32,000 bases of DNA from Blochmannia endosymbiont of Camponotus modoc (GTDB lineage: Bacteria > Pseudomonadota > Gammaproteobacteria > Enterobacterales > Enterobacteriaceae): NCBI RefSeq assembly GCF_023585785.1, contig NZ_CP097765.1, positions 1-32,000 on the forward strand. Direction: 5' to 3'. The notes under the pieces were generated by a model. The model was not told the DNA's origin. It did not search any database and saw nothing but the letters and a program-made list of their open reading frames with translations. Shown here in pieces: positions 1 to 10,378 of the stretch. Made by a program: the position numbers and the translations under genes. The stretch's first letter is position 1. The number at the start of each line of letters is the position of its first letter.

Positions 1-1
1 C

Positions 2-67
2 AACATTAAATACTAAAACAGGCGAATTAATATCCTAATTAATTCGCCTGTTTTAGTATTTAATGTT
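2..67. terminator. Perfect 29-bp inverted repeat (arms 2-30 and 39-67, 8-nt spacer). It looks like a bidirectional intrinsic terminator hairpin and ends 15 nt upstream of the ddlA start.
   Basis: The reverse complement of 2-30 (AACATTAAATACTAAAACAGGCGAATTAA) equals 39-67 exactly. The inner core CAGGCGAATTAA / TTAATTCGCCTG is flanked by A4 (15-18) and T4 (51-54), as in bidirectional rho-independent terminators. The left side is cut by the window edge. Confidence 0.6.
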
Positions 68-81
68 TCAAGGAATGGAGT

Positions 82-1191
82 ATGTCTACTAAATTATGCA
101 TTGGTATTATTTGTGGGGGTCGTTCTTTAGAACACGAGATTTCATTAAAATCAGCTATGTGTATTGCACAGTTTATTGATAAATTTCGTTTCGAGGCCAT
201 GATTTTATGGATAGACAAAAAAGGATGTTGGCATTTGAAAGATATCAACTTCCGTAATTTATCATATCATAAAAATGATAAAATTTCTATTTTTTTACAA
301 AACTGTCCTCATCCATTTAAATTTCATACTAAAAATATAAATTTTTTATTAAAATTTGATGTTATTTTCCCGGTAGTCCATGGAACACTAGGAGAAGATG
401 GTGCTTTGCAAGGTTTATTGTGTATGATGAATTTGCCATTTGTTGGGTCTAATGTTTTGAGCTCATCTGTAGGGATGAATAAAGACGTGTCTAAATGTTT
501 GTTGCGTGATGCGGGTTTATCCGTAGTACCATTTAGAACTGTTTTGGCTCAGGATCAAGATAATATAGATTTTGACTATTTTGTTTCTATCTTTGGATTA
601 CCTTTGTTTGTGAAGCCATCAAATCAAGGGTCATCGATAGGAGTATCGAAAGTGACTAAATGTGAAGATTTTAACTTAGCTTTAAACAAAGCTTTCTCTT
701 TTAGTAATAAAATATTAATAGAACCAGCTATTATTGGAAGAGAATTGGAATGCGCGGTATTGGGTAATGATAATCCAAAAATTAGTGTGTGTGGCGAAGT
801 TATATTATCAGATAATAATTTTTATACTTATCATGATAAATATGTGGAACATAAAGCACAGATCATGATACCTGCTTTAATTAATGATGCAATAAGTGAC
901 GATATTCGTCATATTGCTTTACGTGCATTTCAGGTGTTAAATTGTTCTGGAATGGCGCGGGTAGATTTTTTTTTAGGTTTGGATAATAAAATTTTTATTA
1001 ATGAAGTTAATACGTTACCTGGATTTACTTGCGATAGTATGTATCCTAAATTGTGGGAGGTAAGTGGATTAAATTTTCAAGAATTAATTACGAAATTGGT
1101 AGAATTAGCGCTAGATCTACATGATAAAAATAATTATTTTTATCATGTAGATGGCGCTGTATTTAAGTATTTTCGGCATGAGAGGATTTGA
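82..1191 (+). CDS. ddlA: D-alanine--D-alanine ligase A (369 aa)
   Basis: Full-length colinear similarity to E. coli DdlA, e.g. [71 protein letters not shown] and [22 protein letters not shown] lies 7 nt upstream of the ATG. The C-terminus is about 12 aa longer than E. coli DdlA and overlaps the antisense tRNA-Pro gene. Confidence 0.93.
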   Translation: MSTKLCIGIICGGRSLEHEISLKSAMCIAQFIDKFRFEAMILWIDKKGCWHLKDINFRNLSYHKNDKISIFLQNCPHPFKFHTKNINFLLKFDVIFPVVHGTLGEDGALQGLLCMMNLPFVGSNVLSSSVGMNKDVSKCLLRDAGLSVVPFRTVLAQDQDNIDFDYFVSIFGLPLFVKPSNQGSSIGVSKVTKCEDFNLALNKAFSFSNKILIEPAIIGRELECAVLGNDNPKISVCGEVILSDNNFYTYHDKYVEHKAQIMIPALINDAISDDIRHIALRAFQVLNCSGMARVDFFLGLDNKIFINEVNTLPGFTCDSMYPKLWEVSGLNFQELITKLVELALDLHDKNNYFYHVDGAVFKYFRHERI

Positions 1192-1246
1192 ACCTCTGAC
1201 CTCCGACACCCCATGACGGTGCGCTACCAAACTACGCTACATGCCG
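1173..1246 (-). tRNA. tRNA-Pro, anticodon GGG, 74 nt, CCA not encoded
   Basis: The minus-strand sequence is CGGCATGTAGCGTAGTTTGGTAGCGCACCGTCATGGGGTGTCGGAGGTCAGAGGTTCAAATCCTCTCATGCCGA. It is nearly identical to E. coli proL tRNA-Pro(GGG), with a 7-bp acceptor stem CGGCATG/CATGCCG, T-loop GGTTCAAATCC and anticodon loop AUGGGGU. Confidence 0.93.
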
Positions 1247-1553
1247 TTTTAGGTTTATTATAAAAAAATTTGTGAAAGTGAATACATAACTGTAGATTTT
1301 CATTCTGAATATGATTGTTAGTTTTTGTTTGTGATCACTCAGATATTTTTATATATATTTGATGTTGTGTGTATTGGTATTTTATTATTTTATATTTAAT
1401 ATTTATTAAATTTAATTTTCATTAGTTATTATAAACATTTTATTGCATGGTTAATGTGTATGTATATTTATATTATATAAAGAAAACAAGTCTTAATTTA
1501 TAATTAAAGATGTATTTTTTAATTAGGTGTTATTTTTAAAATAAATTATGTTA

Positions 1554-1847
1554 TTAAACACGTGTAAAATCAATATGTATTAGTTTAGCCTTGAAAGGAT
1601 GATATTGTAGTTCTTGCACCTTGACTGTAATAGTTTGTTGATTTTCTATAAATAATAGAATAACATTATTTTTGTATAATTGTATTACAGCTTCAGGATG
1701 TAAGATATCGTTTTGATTCAATACAATGGGTACGCTTGGTTCCTGGCCTCTATTGTAGATAATAGCTGGACATTTGTTTTGTTTACGTAATCGTCTTGTT
1801 GCGCCTTTTTTGTGATAAATGCGTAAATTAGCTTTGATTGTTAACAT
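1554..1847 (-). CDS. rplY: 50S ribosomal protein L25 (97 aa)
   Basis: Colinear with E. coli RplY (94 aa): KGATRRLR..NKCPAIIY, KVQELQYHPFKAKLIHIDFTRV versus [22 protein letters not shown]. Confidence 0.93.
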   Translation of the reverse strand: MLTIKANLRIYHKKGATRRLRKQNKCPAIIYNRGQEPSVPIVLNQNDILHPEAVIQLYKNNVILLFIENQQTITVKVQELQYHPFKAKLIHIDFTRV

Positions 1848-2750
1848 TATTGTAGTACCTAATTAAATATTTTTATTAATAATTTGATTATAATATATCT
1901 TTCAATTTGAAACGATGATTCCTTTTATCACATAATATAATATGAATAACCATTTATATAATTAAATACTACATACCAATAAATGTTATTTAGTATTTTT
2001 CTGTCGTGATGAATTTTCAAGTGAATCATTTTAACCGATTAATATATTCAACAATGAAAGTAATTGAAAATTTAATATTTATACTTTATCAGTTTTATTT
2101 GATTATATTACTCTGATATATTTTATTTGTATTAAGTATATTAACATGTGAAAATCATAAAAATTCTGATGGTTTTATAGCCCTATACTCGTGATATTCA
2201 TTGAATTTGATATCTTATTTTATTTTAAAGTATTTATAGTATCATAAAATTTATAAACAATGTAATAGAATAAATATTTTCAATGATTTGATCAATTTTT
2301 AAAATTTTTATTATTTGTAAAATATTTTCGATAGAAAAAATATATTAAAAATAAATGAGTAAATACAATTTTATTTCAATATTTTTAATATATTAATGGA
2401 TACATAATTTATTTGTAGATTACAAAATTATCAATGTGATTTACAGAGATATTTATGTATAAACATGAGAATACATTATTGATGTTCTTGCATAAATTAT
2501 AATATTTATTGTTTACAATATGAAAGTGTTGATAATGTTTAGGTGTTTTTTATAACAAATGCAATTATATAAGAATATCTAAGTAATTTAAAAAATTAAT
2601 ATACTTGATTGTGGGTTTGTAATAATAAAATATCCATTTTGAATATTAATCAATGTATACTTTGATTTAATTAAAATGTTTCTAAATTGGTGATAAGTAC
2701 AATATATTACGTGCAAAGTTTTTCATGAGTGCGTTTTTAGAGAAAGTTAT

Positions 2751-3416
2751 ATGTCTATATTAACACAAGAAGCGCTATTAGTACGTGATGCTTTATTAGT
2801 GCGAGGATTAGAAAATCCATTAATTGAGCTGAATATTAATCATCAAATACGTAAACGTCGTATTGAAGATCATATGAGAGCTATTGTGCGTCTTCTTAAT
2901 CTCGATTTAGAACATGATAGTTTATTAAATACCCCTAAACGTATAGCTAAGATGTATATAGAAGAAATTTTCTCAGGTTTAGATTATTCAAATTTTCCTA
3001 AAATTGCAATTATTCAGAATACAATGCAAATAAATGAGATGATAACAGTGAGGGGTATTAATATCACTAGTACTTGTGAACATCATTTCATTGTTTTTAA
3101 TGGTAAAGTGACTATTTCTTATATTCCAGAAAAAAATGTGATTGGTTTGTCAAAAATAAATAGAATAGTTCAATTTTTTTCTAAAAGACCACAGTTACAG
3201 GAACGATTAACAAAACAAATTTTTTTAGCGTTGCAAACCTTACTTAATACAGATAATGTGGCAATATTTATTGATGCAGTACATTATTGTGTTAAAGCTA
3301 GGGGTATTCATGATGTTAGCAGCACTACAACTACTACTGCGCTAGGGGGGTTATTTAAATCTAATACGAATACTAGAAAAGAATTTCTGCATGCAATTAT
3401 GTATTGTAATCATTGA
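2751..3416 (+). CDS. folE: GTP cyclohydrolase I (221 aa)
   Basis: Matches E. coli FolE over the full length: [71 protein letters not shown] and [12 protein letters not shown]. Confidence 0.96.
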   Translation: MSILTQEALLVRDALLVRGLENPLIELNINHQIRKRRIEDHMRAIVRLLNLDLEHDSLLNTPKRIAKMYIEEIFSGLDYSNFPKIAIIQNTMQINEMITVRGINITSTCEHHFIVFNGKVTISYIPEKNVIGLSKINRIVQFFSKRPQLQERLTKQIFLALQTLLNTDNVAIFIDAVHYCVKARGIHDVSSTTTTTALGGLFKSNTNTRKEFLHAIMYCNH

Positions 3417-4361
3417 TTTATATTTTTTATTTAAAATTTAATAAGGTTATTATATATATCATAGAATATGAATTCTAAAGACATAGCAATCTGCTTATAG
3501 TATTTGTTTAAGTATTTGCAATGGAAACGGAATGTTTGATGCTTATTTTAATAGATATTAGAATCGTTTTAAAGATTTGTTTTTATTGATATAGAGCTGT
3601 AACTGTATATCAGAATATAGATTTAAGTATTTTTATAGCTTTTTATTAAATAAATTGATCTAAGAATTTATTTTTTTATGATTAAATGTGTCAAAAAAAA
3701 GATCATGAAAATTGAAATTTCAGTGTAATTGAATTTATTTGTGTTAATTAATAATATGGATTTAATATCTATCTATATCCATCTTATGTTTTGGGATCGT
3801 AGTTGAGGAGTGTTGTATTTAGAGATTATATTTTGAATGGAAACATGAATGAAGTATAGTTAGAAACCAAAATTTTTTAAATTATATAAGAATATTGATA
3901 TGAATGGTGCATGTAAATAAAAATAAATTTTATCAAGTAATAGTCTTGTGAATGAAAGGAATGATTATGATTAAAATTATTTAATATTTAATTTTTGTTT
4001 ATTGTCATTGATTTTATTATAATTATTGCGTTGTAGACGGCATATTTTAATATAGTGTTGTTTCAATTTCAAAATGTTTTAACAGAATTAAATAGTATTA
4101 TCTGTTGTTGTATCTTAATGAGATTAAGAAATATTTTTGTTTATCTGTGTTAAGGTATTGAATGTAACATTACATTTATGTATATGTAAAATTTTTTCAA
4201 GTGATATTGTTATTAAACAAGAGCCTATATCATATATATTTTCATTTTTGATAATAAATTCACGTATAGATTTCATTGTGTAACGTATGCACTAATACAG
4301 TTAGTTGTTTTAGCGTCGTTATTGTGTGTTTATGTTAAATAGTGATTTGTGCTGTGTGTCT

Positions 4362-6029
4362 TCATACATTATTATCCGGAAGGCGTTCATTTAATTGAGA
4401 TTTATTTGTTATAGATGCAATTTGGTCGGGATGGATTCGAGAAAAAATTATTTTGAATTTGTTAATTCGATGATTTAATAAAGGCATAGAAAGACTGTCC
4501 CAGGTAAGACGAGTGTTGAGAAAACATTCACTATAATTAGCTAATTTAGGCAAAACAGGTTTCAAATAGATCATCAGAACACGAAACAACTGAATACCCA
4601 TAGAATAAATAGATAACGCCTCTTGTCTACGGTCTATTTTTTTTGCGACATGCCACGGAGCATGTTTATCTATGTAACGATTAGCTTCATCTGCTAATTT
4701 CATAATTTCCCGCATTGCGTAGTTAAACTCTCTTTTTTGAAATAATTTCCCTATATAATGTCTGGATTCAATAAACATATTATATATAACTGGATGCGTT
4801 AATGTATTTGATAAGTGGCCATTATAATATTGATGTATAAATCCAGAATTTCTAGATGCTAAATTTAATACTTTATTAATAACATCTGAATTTACTCTAG
4901 TAATAAAATCTGATAAGTTCAAATCTATGTCGTTAGTATGAGATGAAAGTTTCGTGGCATAATAATATCTTAAATAATCTGGGTTTAAACATGATAAGTA
5001 AGAACTTACGTTGATGCAAGTCCCTTTAGATTTTGATATTTTAGATCCATTTAAAGTAACATGCCCATGAACAAATATATTAGTTGGTTTTCGAAATTGA
5101 CTACCTGACAAAACAGCTGGCCAAAATAAACAATGAAAGTAAATAATATCTTTACCTATAAAATGATATAAGTCTGTTTTGGAATTCGTGCTCCAAAAGT
5201 CGTTAAAAGATATGTTTTTATTTTTTTTGCATAAATTTTTAAAGGTACCCATATATCCAATAGGGGCATCCATCCATACATAAAAATATTTTTCTGAAGA
5301 ATTAGGAATCTTAAATCCAAAATAAGGAGCGTCTCTAGAAATGTCCCATTGTTTTAAACCTAATTTAAACCATTCTTCTACTTTGTTGGCTACTTCTTTT
5401 TGTATGCTTCCTGATCGGATCCATGTACGCAATGTATCAGTAAAAGCTGGTAAATCAAAAAAGAGATGTTCGGATTTGCGTATTATCGGAGATGTTCCAG
5501 AAATAACTGATTTGGGGTTTATAAGCTCTAAAGAGGTATAAATAGTACCGCATGTTTCACAATTATCTCCATATTGATCATCTTTTTTGCATTTTGGACA
5601 TATGCCTTTAACAAATCGATCTGGCAAAAACATATTTTTTTGAGCATCATATAATTGAGAAATAAATTTAGATTTGATGAATCCACGTGTTTTTAATCGA
5701 AAATAAATGTCATGTAGTAATTCACGAGTTTCTTCGCTGTGAGTAGAATAGTAGTTATCATAGCTAATTCCGAATTTGTAGCAATCTCGTTGATGTTCTT
5801 GTCGTATTTGGGCAATCATTTGTTCTGGCGCTATATTAAGTTGTTGTGATTTTAACATAATGGCAGTTCCATGGGCATCATCTGCACAAATAAAGTATAC
5901 ACAATTGCCTTGCATGCGTTGATAACGAACCCAGATATCCGCTTGTATATGTTCTAACATGTGTCCAATATGAAGTGAACCATTAGCGTAAGGTAGGGCA
6001 CAAGTAACTAGCATTTTTTTTTTAGTCAT
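4362..6029 (-). CDS. metG: Methionyl-tRNA synthetase, core enzyme only (555 aa). It lacks the C-terminal tRNA-binding/dimerisation domain of about 100-120 aa found in the 677-aa E. coli enzyme.
   Basis: HIGH-type motif [21 protein letters not shown], zinc knuckles [18 protein letters not shown] and the KMSKS-equivalent motif KISKSKG. It is colinear with E. coli MetG up to about residue 550-575, then stops. An in-frame A10 tract follows codon 2 (MTKKKM). Confidence 0.95.
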   Translation of the reverse strand: MTKKKMLVTCALPYANGSLHIGHMLEHIQADIWVRYQRMQGNCVYFICADDAHGTAIMLKSQQLNIAPEQMIAQIRQEHQRDCYKFGISYDNYYSTHSEETRELLHDIYFRLKTRGFIKSKFISQLYDAQKNMFLPDRFVKGICPKCKKDDQYGDNCETCGTIYTSLELINPKSVISGTSPIIRKSEHLFFDLPAFTDTLRTWIRSGSIQKEVANKVEEWFKLGLKQWDISRDAPYFGFKIPNSSEKYFYVWMDAPIGYMGTFKNLCKKNKNISFNDFWSTNSKTDLYHFIGKDIIYFHCLFWPAVLSGSQFRKPTNIFVHGHVTLNGSKISKSKGTCINVSSYLSCLNPDYLRYYYATKLSSHTNDIDLNLSDFITRVNSDVINKVLNLASRNSGFIHQYYNGHLSNTLTHPVIYNMFIESRHYIGKLFQKREFNYAMREIMKLADEANRYIDKHAPWHVAKKIDRRQEALSIYSMGIQLFRVLMIYLKPVLPKLANYSECFLNTRLTWDSLSMPLLNHRINKFKIIFSRIHPDQIASITNKSQLNERLPDNNV

Positions 6030-6579
6030 AATAGTTTTGTGGATTTAAAATTTAAATATATCGTATGACGACATATACTGTAGATTATTAAAATGTAATT
6101 GTTTTTTATAATGCATATCATGAATGCACAGTATTTATTATATATATATTAATGATAATTAAAATTGTATTTGGTTATTTTTAATAGTTTTTATTAATGT
6201 TTTAATATTGTTGTAATGGCAGTTTTATATTCAATAAAAATTCTATTTTATAATTTATTACACATTTTAAATGTAATTTAGCACGGTGTAATAATAGTTT
6301 TTTATGATATATAAAATAACATATATGTATACGGTCCGCCTTGAGGATATTTTTTAAATAAATATTCACAATTGGCTCGGTTAATTACGATTTTATAACA
6401 TTGTTCAAGCTGATTGTTGCTTTACGTTTTGTATTCATATTTAAATATTATTTAAAATTTTTTATTTTTATATTGAAGTATTTATGTATAATATTTTCAT
6501 ATTATGAACCAGATACAAATTAGTCATTATTTAACTATTATTAAAATATATAACATACTTATACCACAGAGGAGTAGAT

Positions 6580-7992
6580 ATGTTCAAACAACAAAAGATT
6601 GGTATTATCGGTATGGGTGTTATGGGTCGAAATTTAGCATTAAACATTGAAAGCAAAGGTTATTGTGTTGCTATTTACAATCGTTCTAAGGATAAAACCG
6701 ATTCAGTTGTTACTACTAATCCAAAAAAAAATATCATCCCATGTTATTCAATAGAGGAATTCGTACTATCCTTAAATAAACCTCGTTTTATATTTTTAAT
6801 GATCACATCAGGAACGCATATCGATAATGTTATAAAAATATTGTCCCCTTATATGGATCCGGGAGATATTTTAATTGATGGAGGTAATTCATTTTATAAA
6901 GATACTATGCGTCGTAATCTTGAGTTATCAAAAAAGGGGATAAATTTGATTGGAACTGGTATTTCTGGGGGAGAAGAAGGAGCTTTAAAAGGGCCATCGA
7001 TTATGCCCGGAGGGCAAATTGATGCATATAAAATGGTTGAGTCGGTCTTTAAAAAAATTGCTGCTCGTGTTAATGATGAAACTTGTGTTGCATATATAGG
7101 ACCAAATGGATCTGGTCATTATGTCAAGATGATACATAACGGCATAGAGTACGGAGATATGCAAATAATTGCTGAAATATATTTTTTTATCAAAAATATA
7201 TTTCATTTAAGTCACGAAGCATTAGGAGAAATTTTTAATAAATGGAATCAAGGCGAATTAAATAGTTATCTTATTGAAATAACAAGTCGTATCTTCGTTA
7301 GAAAAGATGCTAATAATCATGGTTACATTCTTGATTCTATATTAGATGTGGCTGGAAATAAGGGCACTGGAGCATGGGCTAGTCAAGATGCGATTGATTT
7401 AGGAATACCATTAAGTATGATTACTGAATCAGTGTTTTCTCGTTATATGTCTGTACTTAAAAAACAACGTCTTACAGCATCAAAAATATTGTTAGGACCT
7501 AATAGAAAAAATTGTTTTGAGAGCAAATGTTTATACCTAGAAAAAGCGCGAAAAGCATTGTACCTTAGTAAGATTATTTTATATGCGCAAGGTTTTTATC
7601 AATTGAAAATTGCGTCTGATAAGTATCATTGGGATTTAAATTACAAACAAATTGCTCAAATTTTTCGTGCAGGATGTATAATTAGATCAAAATTTTTACA
7701 AAAAATTATTGATATTTATTCCCAAACTCCAGATATTACTAATTTGTTATTGTCTCCGTATTGTGTCAATGTCGCGAATGATTACCAAAAAATGTTGAGA
7801 GAGGTGGTAGTGTGCGGCATTAAATACGGTATTCCAATGCCTACTTTATCTGCTGCTATAGCGTACTATGATAGTTATCGCAGTAATGTGTTACCTGCAA
7901 ATCTTATTCAAGCTCAAAGAGATTGTTTCGGAGCACATACTTATACGTGTTTTGATAAAAAAGGTACGTTTCACACTGATTGGTTAAAATAA
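6580..7992 (+). CDS. gnd: 6-phosphogluconate dehydrogenase, decarboxylating (470 aa)
   Basis: [75 protein letters not shown] and [16 protein letters not shown], full length versus E. coli Gnd (468 aa). GGAG lies 7-10 nt upstream of the ATG. Confidence 0.96.
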   Translation: MFKQQKIGIIGMGVMGRNLALNIESKGYCVAIYNRSKDKTDSVVTTNPKKNIIPCYSIEEFVLSLNKPRFIFLMITSGTHIDNVIKILSPYMDPGDILIDGGNSFYKDTMRRNLELSKKGINLIGTGISGGEEGALKGPSIMPGGQIDAYKMVESVFKKIAARVNDETCVAYIGPNGSGHYVKMIHNGIEYGDMQIIAEIYFFIKNIFHLSHEALGEIFNKWNQGELNSYLIEITSRIFVRKDANNHGYILDSILDVAGNKGTGAWASQDAIDLGIPLSMITESVFSRYMSVLKKQRLTASKILLGPNRKNCFESKCLYLEKARKALYLSKIILYAQGFYQLKIASDKYHWDLNYKQIAQIFRAGCIIRSKFLQKIIDIYSQTPDITNLLLSPYCVNVANDYQKMLREVVVCGIKYGIPMPTLSAAIAYYDSYRSNVLPANLIQAQRDCFGAHTYTCFDKKGTFHTDWLK

Positions 7993-8241
7993 ATATAAGT
8001 AGAATATTGTTTCAATATTAATTAAATAATTTACGTAACAACCAATACCCCATTATATGTGGAATATTGAAGATATCAAAATTTATTAAGTTTTTATTCA
8101 TGAGGACTGTTTTTTGTTGTATGTATAATAAATTAATTGGTATTCCTATAAATATATTAATATTGATTATATATATTATTACTAATAAAATGAGTAATTG
8201 TTTGGTTTCATTATATTATTTTATGTGTATAATGTTATTGT

Positions 8242-8883
8242 TTATTGGTTTAATTTGTTATCATTATTTCGAATTTTTAATTCCTTGATGATTGCATTAA
8301 AACTTACTGATTTATGTTGTAATAGGACTAATAAATGATAAATGAGATCTGATGCTTCATTAATGAGTTCTTTTGTATTACAACAGGAAATTGCTGCAAG
8401 GGCAGTTTCTAGTCCTTCTTCACCAACTTTTTGAGCAATGCGTTTGACACCACTAGCATACAAACGAGATGTATAGGATGTATTAATGAGACGGGATGAT
8501 ATATTTTTTTTTGAAGATATAATGTTTTCTAATTGATGAAGAAAACTTAATTCTGCTATCCCAGGATGGAAGCAGCTACTAGTATTATTATGACAAGTAG
8601 GTCCATGAGGTAAAGCGAAAATTAATAACGCATCCTGATCACAATCTGAATACCAATTGATCAATTTTAATATATTTCCAGATTTTTCTCCTTTAGTCCA
8701 TAATCTATTTTTGCTGCGTGAAAAAAAAGTAATATGCTTAGTTTGTTCTGTTTTTATCATTGATTCTTTATTCATATGTCCTAGCATTAATACTTCTCCT
8801 GATTCAGCATGTTGTATGATAGCAGGCATTAGACCGTGATTTTTAGTCCAATTTAATTGCTGATGCTGATTTTTAATTAACAT
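8242..8883 (-). CDS. hisI: Bifunctional phosphoribosyl-AMP cyclohydrolase / phosphoribosyl-ATP pyrophosphatase (213 aa)
   Basis: [77 protein letters not shown] and [15 protein letters not shown], colinear with E. coli HisI. It is the last gene of the his operon and overlaps hisF by 7 nt. Confidence 0.95.
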   Translation of the reverse strand: MLIKNQHQQLNWTKNHGLMPAIIQHAESGEVLMLGHMNKESMIKTEQTKHITFFSRSKNRLWTKGEKSGNILKLINWYSDCDQDALLIFALPHGPTCHNNTSSCFHPGIAELSFLHQLENIISSKKNISSRLINTSYTSRLYASGVKRIAQKVGEEGLETALAAISCCNTKELINEASDLIYHLLVLLQHKSVSFNAIIKELKIRNNDNKLNQ

Positions 8884-9653
8884 AATCTAATTTTTATCCC
8901 TTCTTTATCTAAAAATTGTTTCAATTTATGAATGTCAATAATTTGCTTATGAAATACCGAAGCTGCTAACGTTCCATCTACATTGGCATCACGAAAGGCT
9001 TCTAAGAAATGTTGATAGGTACCAGCTCCGCCAGAAGCTATAAGTGGTACTTTACAATGTTTTCTAATATTCCGTAATTGATCTAAATCATAACCATTTT
9101 TCGTTCCATCTTGATTCATCATATTTAATACTATTTCTCCAGCTCCATATTCTTGTACTTTTTTAACCCAATCCAATGTTTGCCATGTTGTGATCTTTGT
9201 ACGAGCACTGTCCCCAGTATAGCATTTTACTTGGTAAATCTTTTTTTTAGGATTATGCCAGGTATCGATGCTAACTACAACGCATTGTGTGCCTAAATGG
9301 TCAGCTAGTTCTTGGATTAGCATTGGGTTAATTAAAGCAGGAGAATTAATTGAAATTTTGTCTGCTCCAGACGCAAGAATTTGTTTAGCTTGTTTTAATG
9401 TACTTATGCCTCCAGCAACACAGAATGGTATATTTATTGCTTTAGCAATCTGAGAAATCCATCTCTTATTCACTACTTGATCATTAGGTGATGCTGTGAT
9501 GTCATAAAATACTAATTCATCGGCTCCTGATTTTGCATATCTATTTGCTAATTCTAAAATATCTCCTACAATTTTGTGATCTTTAAATTGTATTCCTTTG
9601 ATTACTTTGTTATTAGCTACATCAAGACAAGGAATTATTCGTTTTGCCAACAT
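8877..9653 (-). CDS. hisF: Imidazole glycerol phosphate synthase, cyclase subunit (258 aa)
   Basis: N-terminus [40 protein letters not shown] and [20 protein letters not shown], full length versus E. coli HisF. It overlaps hisA by 19 nt. Confidence 0.96.
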   Translation of the reverse strand: MLAKRIIPCLDVANNKVIKGIQFKDHKIVGDILELANRYAKSGADELVFYDITASPNDQVVNKRWISQIAKAINIPFCVAGGISTLKQAKQILASGADKISINSPALINPMLIQELADHLGTQCVVVSIDTWHNPKKKIYQVKCYTGDSARTKITTWQTLDWVKKVQEYGAGEIVLNMMNQDGTKNGYDLDQLRNIRKHCKVPLIASGGAGTYQHFLEAFRDANVDGTLAASVFHKQIIDIHKLKQFLDKEGIKIRLC

Positions 9654-10375
9654 GATATAGCCTCATCGATAGTAAATGTATTTTCTAAAAAAGCACGACC
9701 AATAATGATTCCGGCTACTCCAGAAGAACGTAATTTAGATATTTCTGTTAAATTATTAACGCCTCCAGACGATTGAAATGCTATTCGTGGCCAAGAATGA
9801 CATATTGATCGATATAAAGATATATTGCTACCTAACAAAGTTCCATCTTTGGAGATATCTGTGCAAATAACATGTTTTAAGCCTACAGTATAATATTCTT
9901 CTATTATTTGTTCTAATTGCAAATCAGTTTCTTTTTGCCAACCGTAAATAGCAACTTTTCTATTTTCTTCAGAATAAACGTGTATATCTACCGCTAAAAC
10001 TAAAGTATTTGGATCAAAATATTCAAACCATTTTTTTACTGTCTTTGGCTGTGTAACTGCTATAGAACCTAATACTATACGTGTTGCTCCCGATTTTAAT
10101 AGAATTTCTACATCTGCAGCGTTACGTATACCTCCTCCTATTTGTATTTTAGATAGAGGAGTAGTTTCTTTTATTAATTGACTAATTAATAAACTTTGTC
10201 TTTTTGATGGATTTTTTGCTCCATCTAGATCAACTAGATGTATCATTTTTGCTCCTTGTCGTATGTATTTTTTCAATAATGATATGGGTTCTCCGTAATT
10301 AGTTTGCATACAATAAGATCCTTGATACAGTCTAACTATATTTCCGTTAATAATATCTAGCGCAGGAATAATCAC
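9635..10375 (-). CDS. hisA: ProFAR isomerase (246 aa)
   Basis: [63 protein letters not shown] and the C-terminal EAISCWQNE, matching E. coli HisA end to end. Confidence 0.96.
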   Translation of the reverse strand: MIIPALDIINGNIVRLYQGSYCMQTNYGEPISLLKKYIRQGAKMIHLVDLDGAKNPSKRQSLLISQLIKETTPLSKIQIGGGIRNAADVEILLKSGATRIVLGSIAVTQPKTVKKWFEYFDPNTLVLAVDIHVYSEENRKVAIYGWQKETDLQLEQIIEEYYTVGLKHVICTDISKDGTLLGSNISLYRSICHSWPRIAFQSSGGVNNLTEISKLRSSGVAGIIIGRAFLENTFTIDEAISCWQNE

Positions 10376-10378
10376 AAA

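Noticed and set aside
60-248. 62-aa minus-strand ORF overlapping the ddlA 5' end
   Set aside because: It is an antisense shadow ORF inside a well-supported gene, with no recognisable similarity.
5341-5541. 66-aa + strand ORF inside metG
   Set aside because: It is an antisense shadow ORF within a conserved part of metG.
6985-7206. 73-aa minus-strand ORF inside gnd
   Set aside because: It is an antisense shadow ORF within gnd.
7993-8241. Short AT hairpin (AATATTG-TTT-CAATATT near 8003-8019) as the gnd terminator
   Set aside because: The 7-bp stem is almost entirely A-T, has a 3-nt loop and has no following U-tract. It cannot be distinguished from background palindromes in this spacer.
8067-8288. 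73-aa + strand ORF (TTG start) in the gnd-hisI spacer with a hydrophobic, membrane-like sequence
   Set aside because: - It has a TTG start without a Shine-Dalgarno sequence.
- Its composition (I/L/F/Y/N/K/C) is what random translation of AT-rich DNA gives.
- It overlaps the hisI 3' end by 47 nt on the opposite strand.
- It resembles no protein family I recognise.
8657-9776. Three short + strand ORFs (8657-8839, 9268-9453, 9576-9776) inside hisI, hisF and hisA
   Set aside because: They are antisense shadow ORFs within conserved his genes, with no start context and no similarity.
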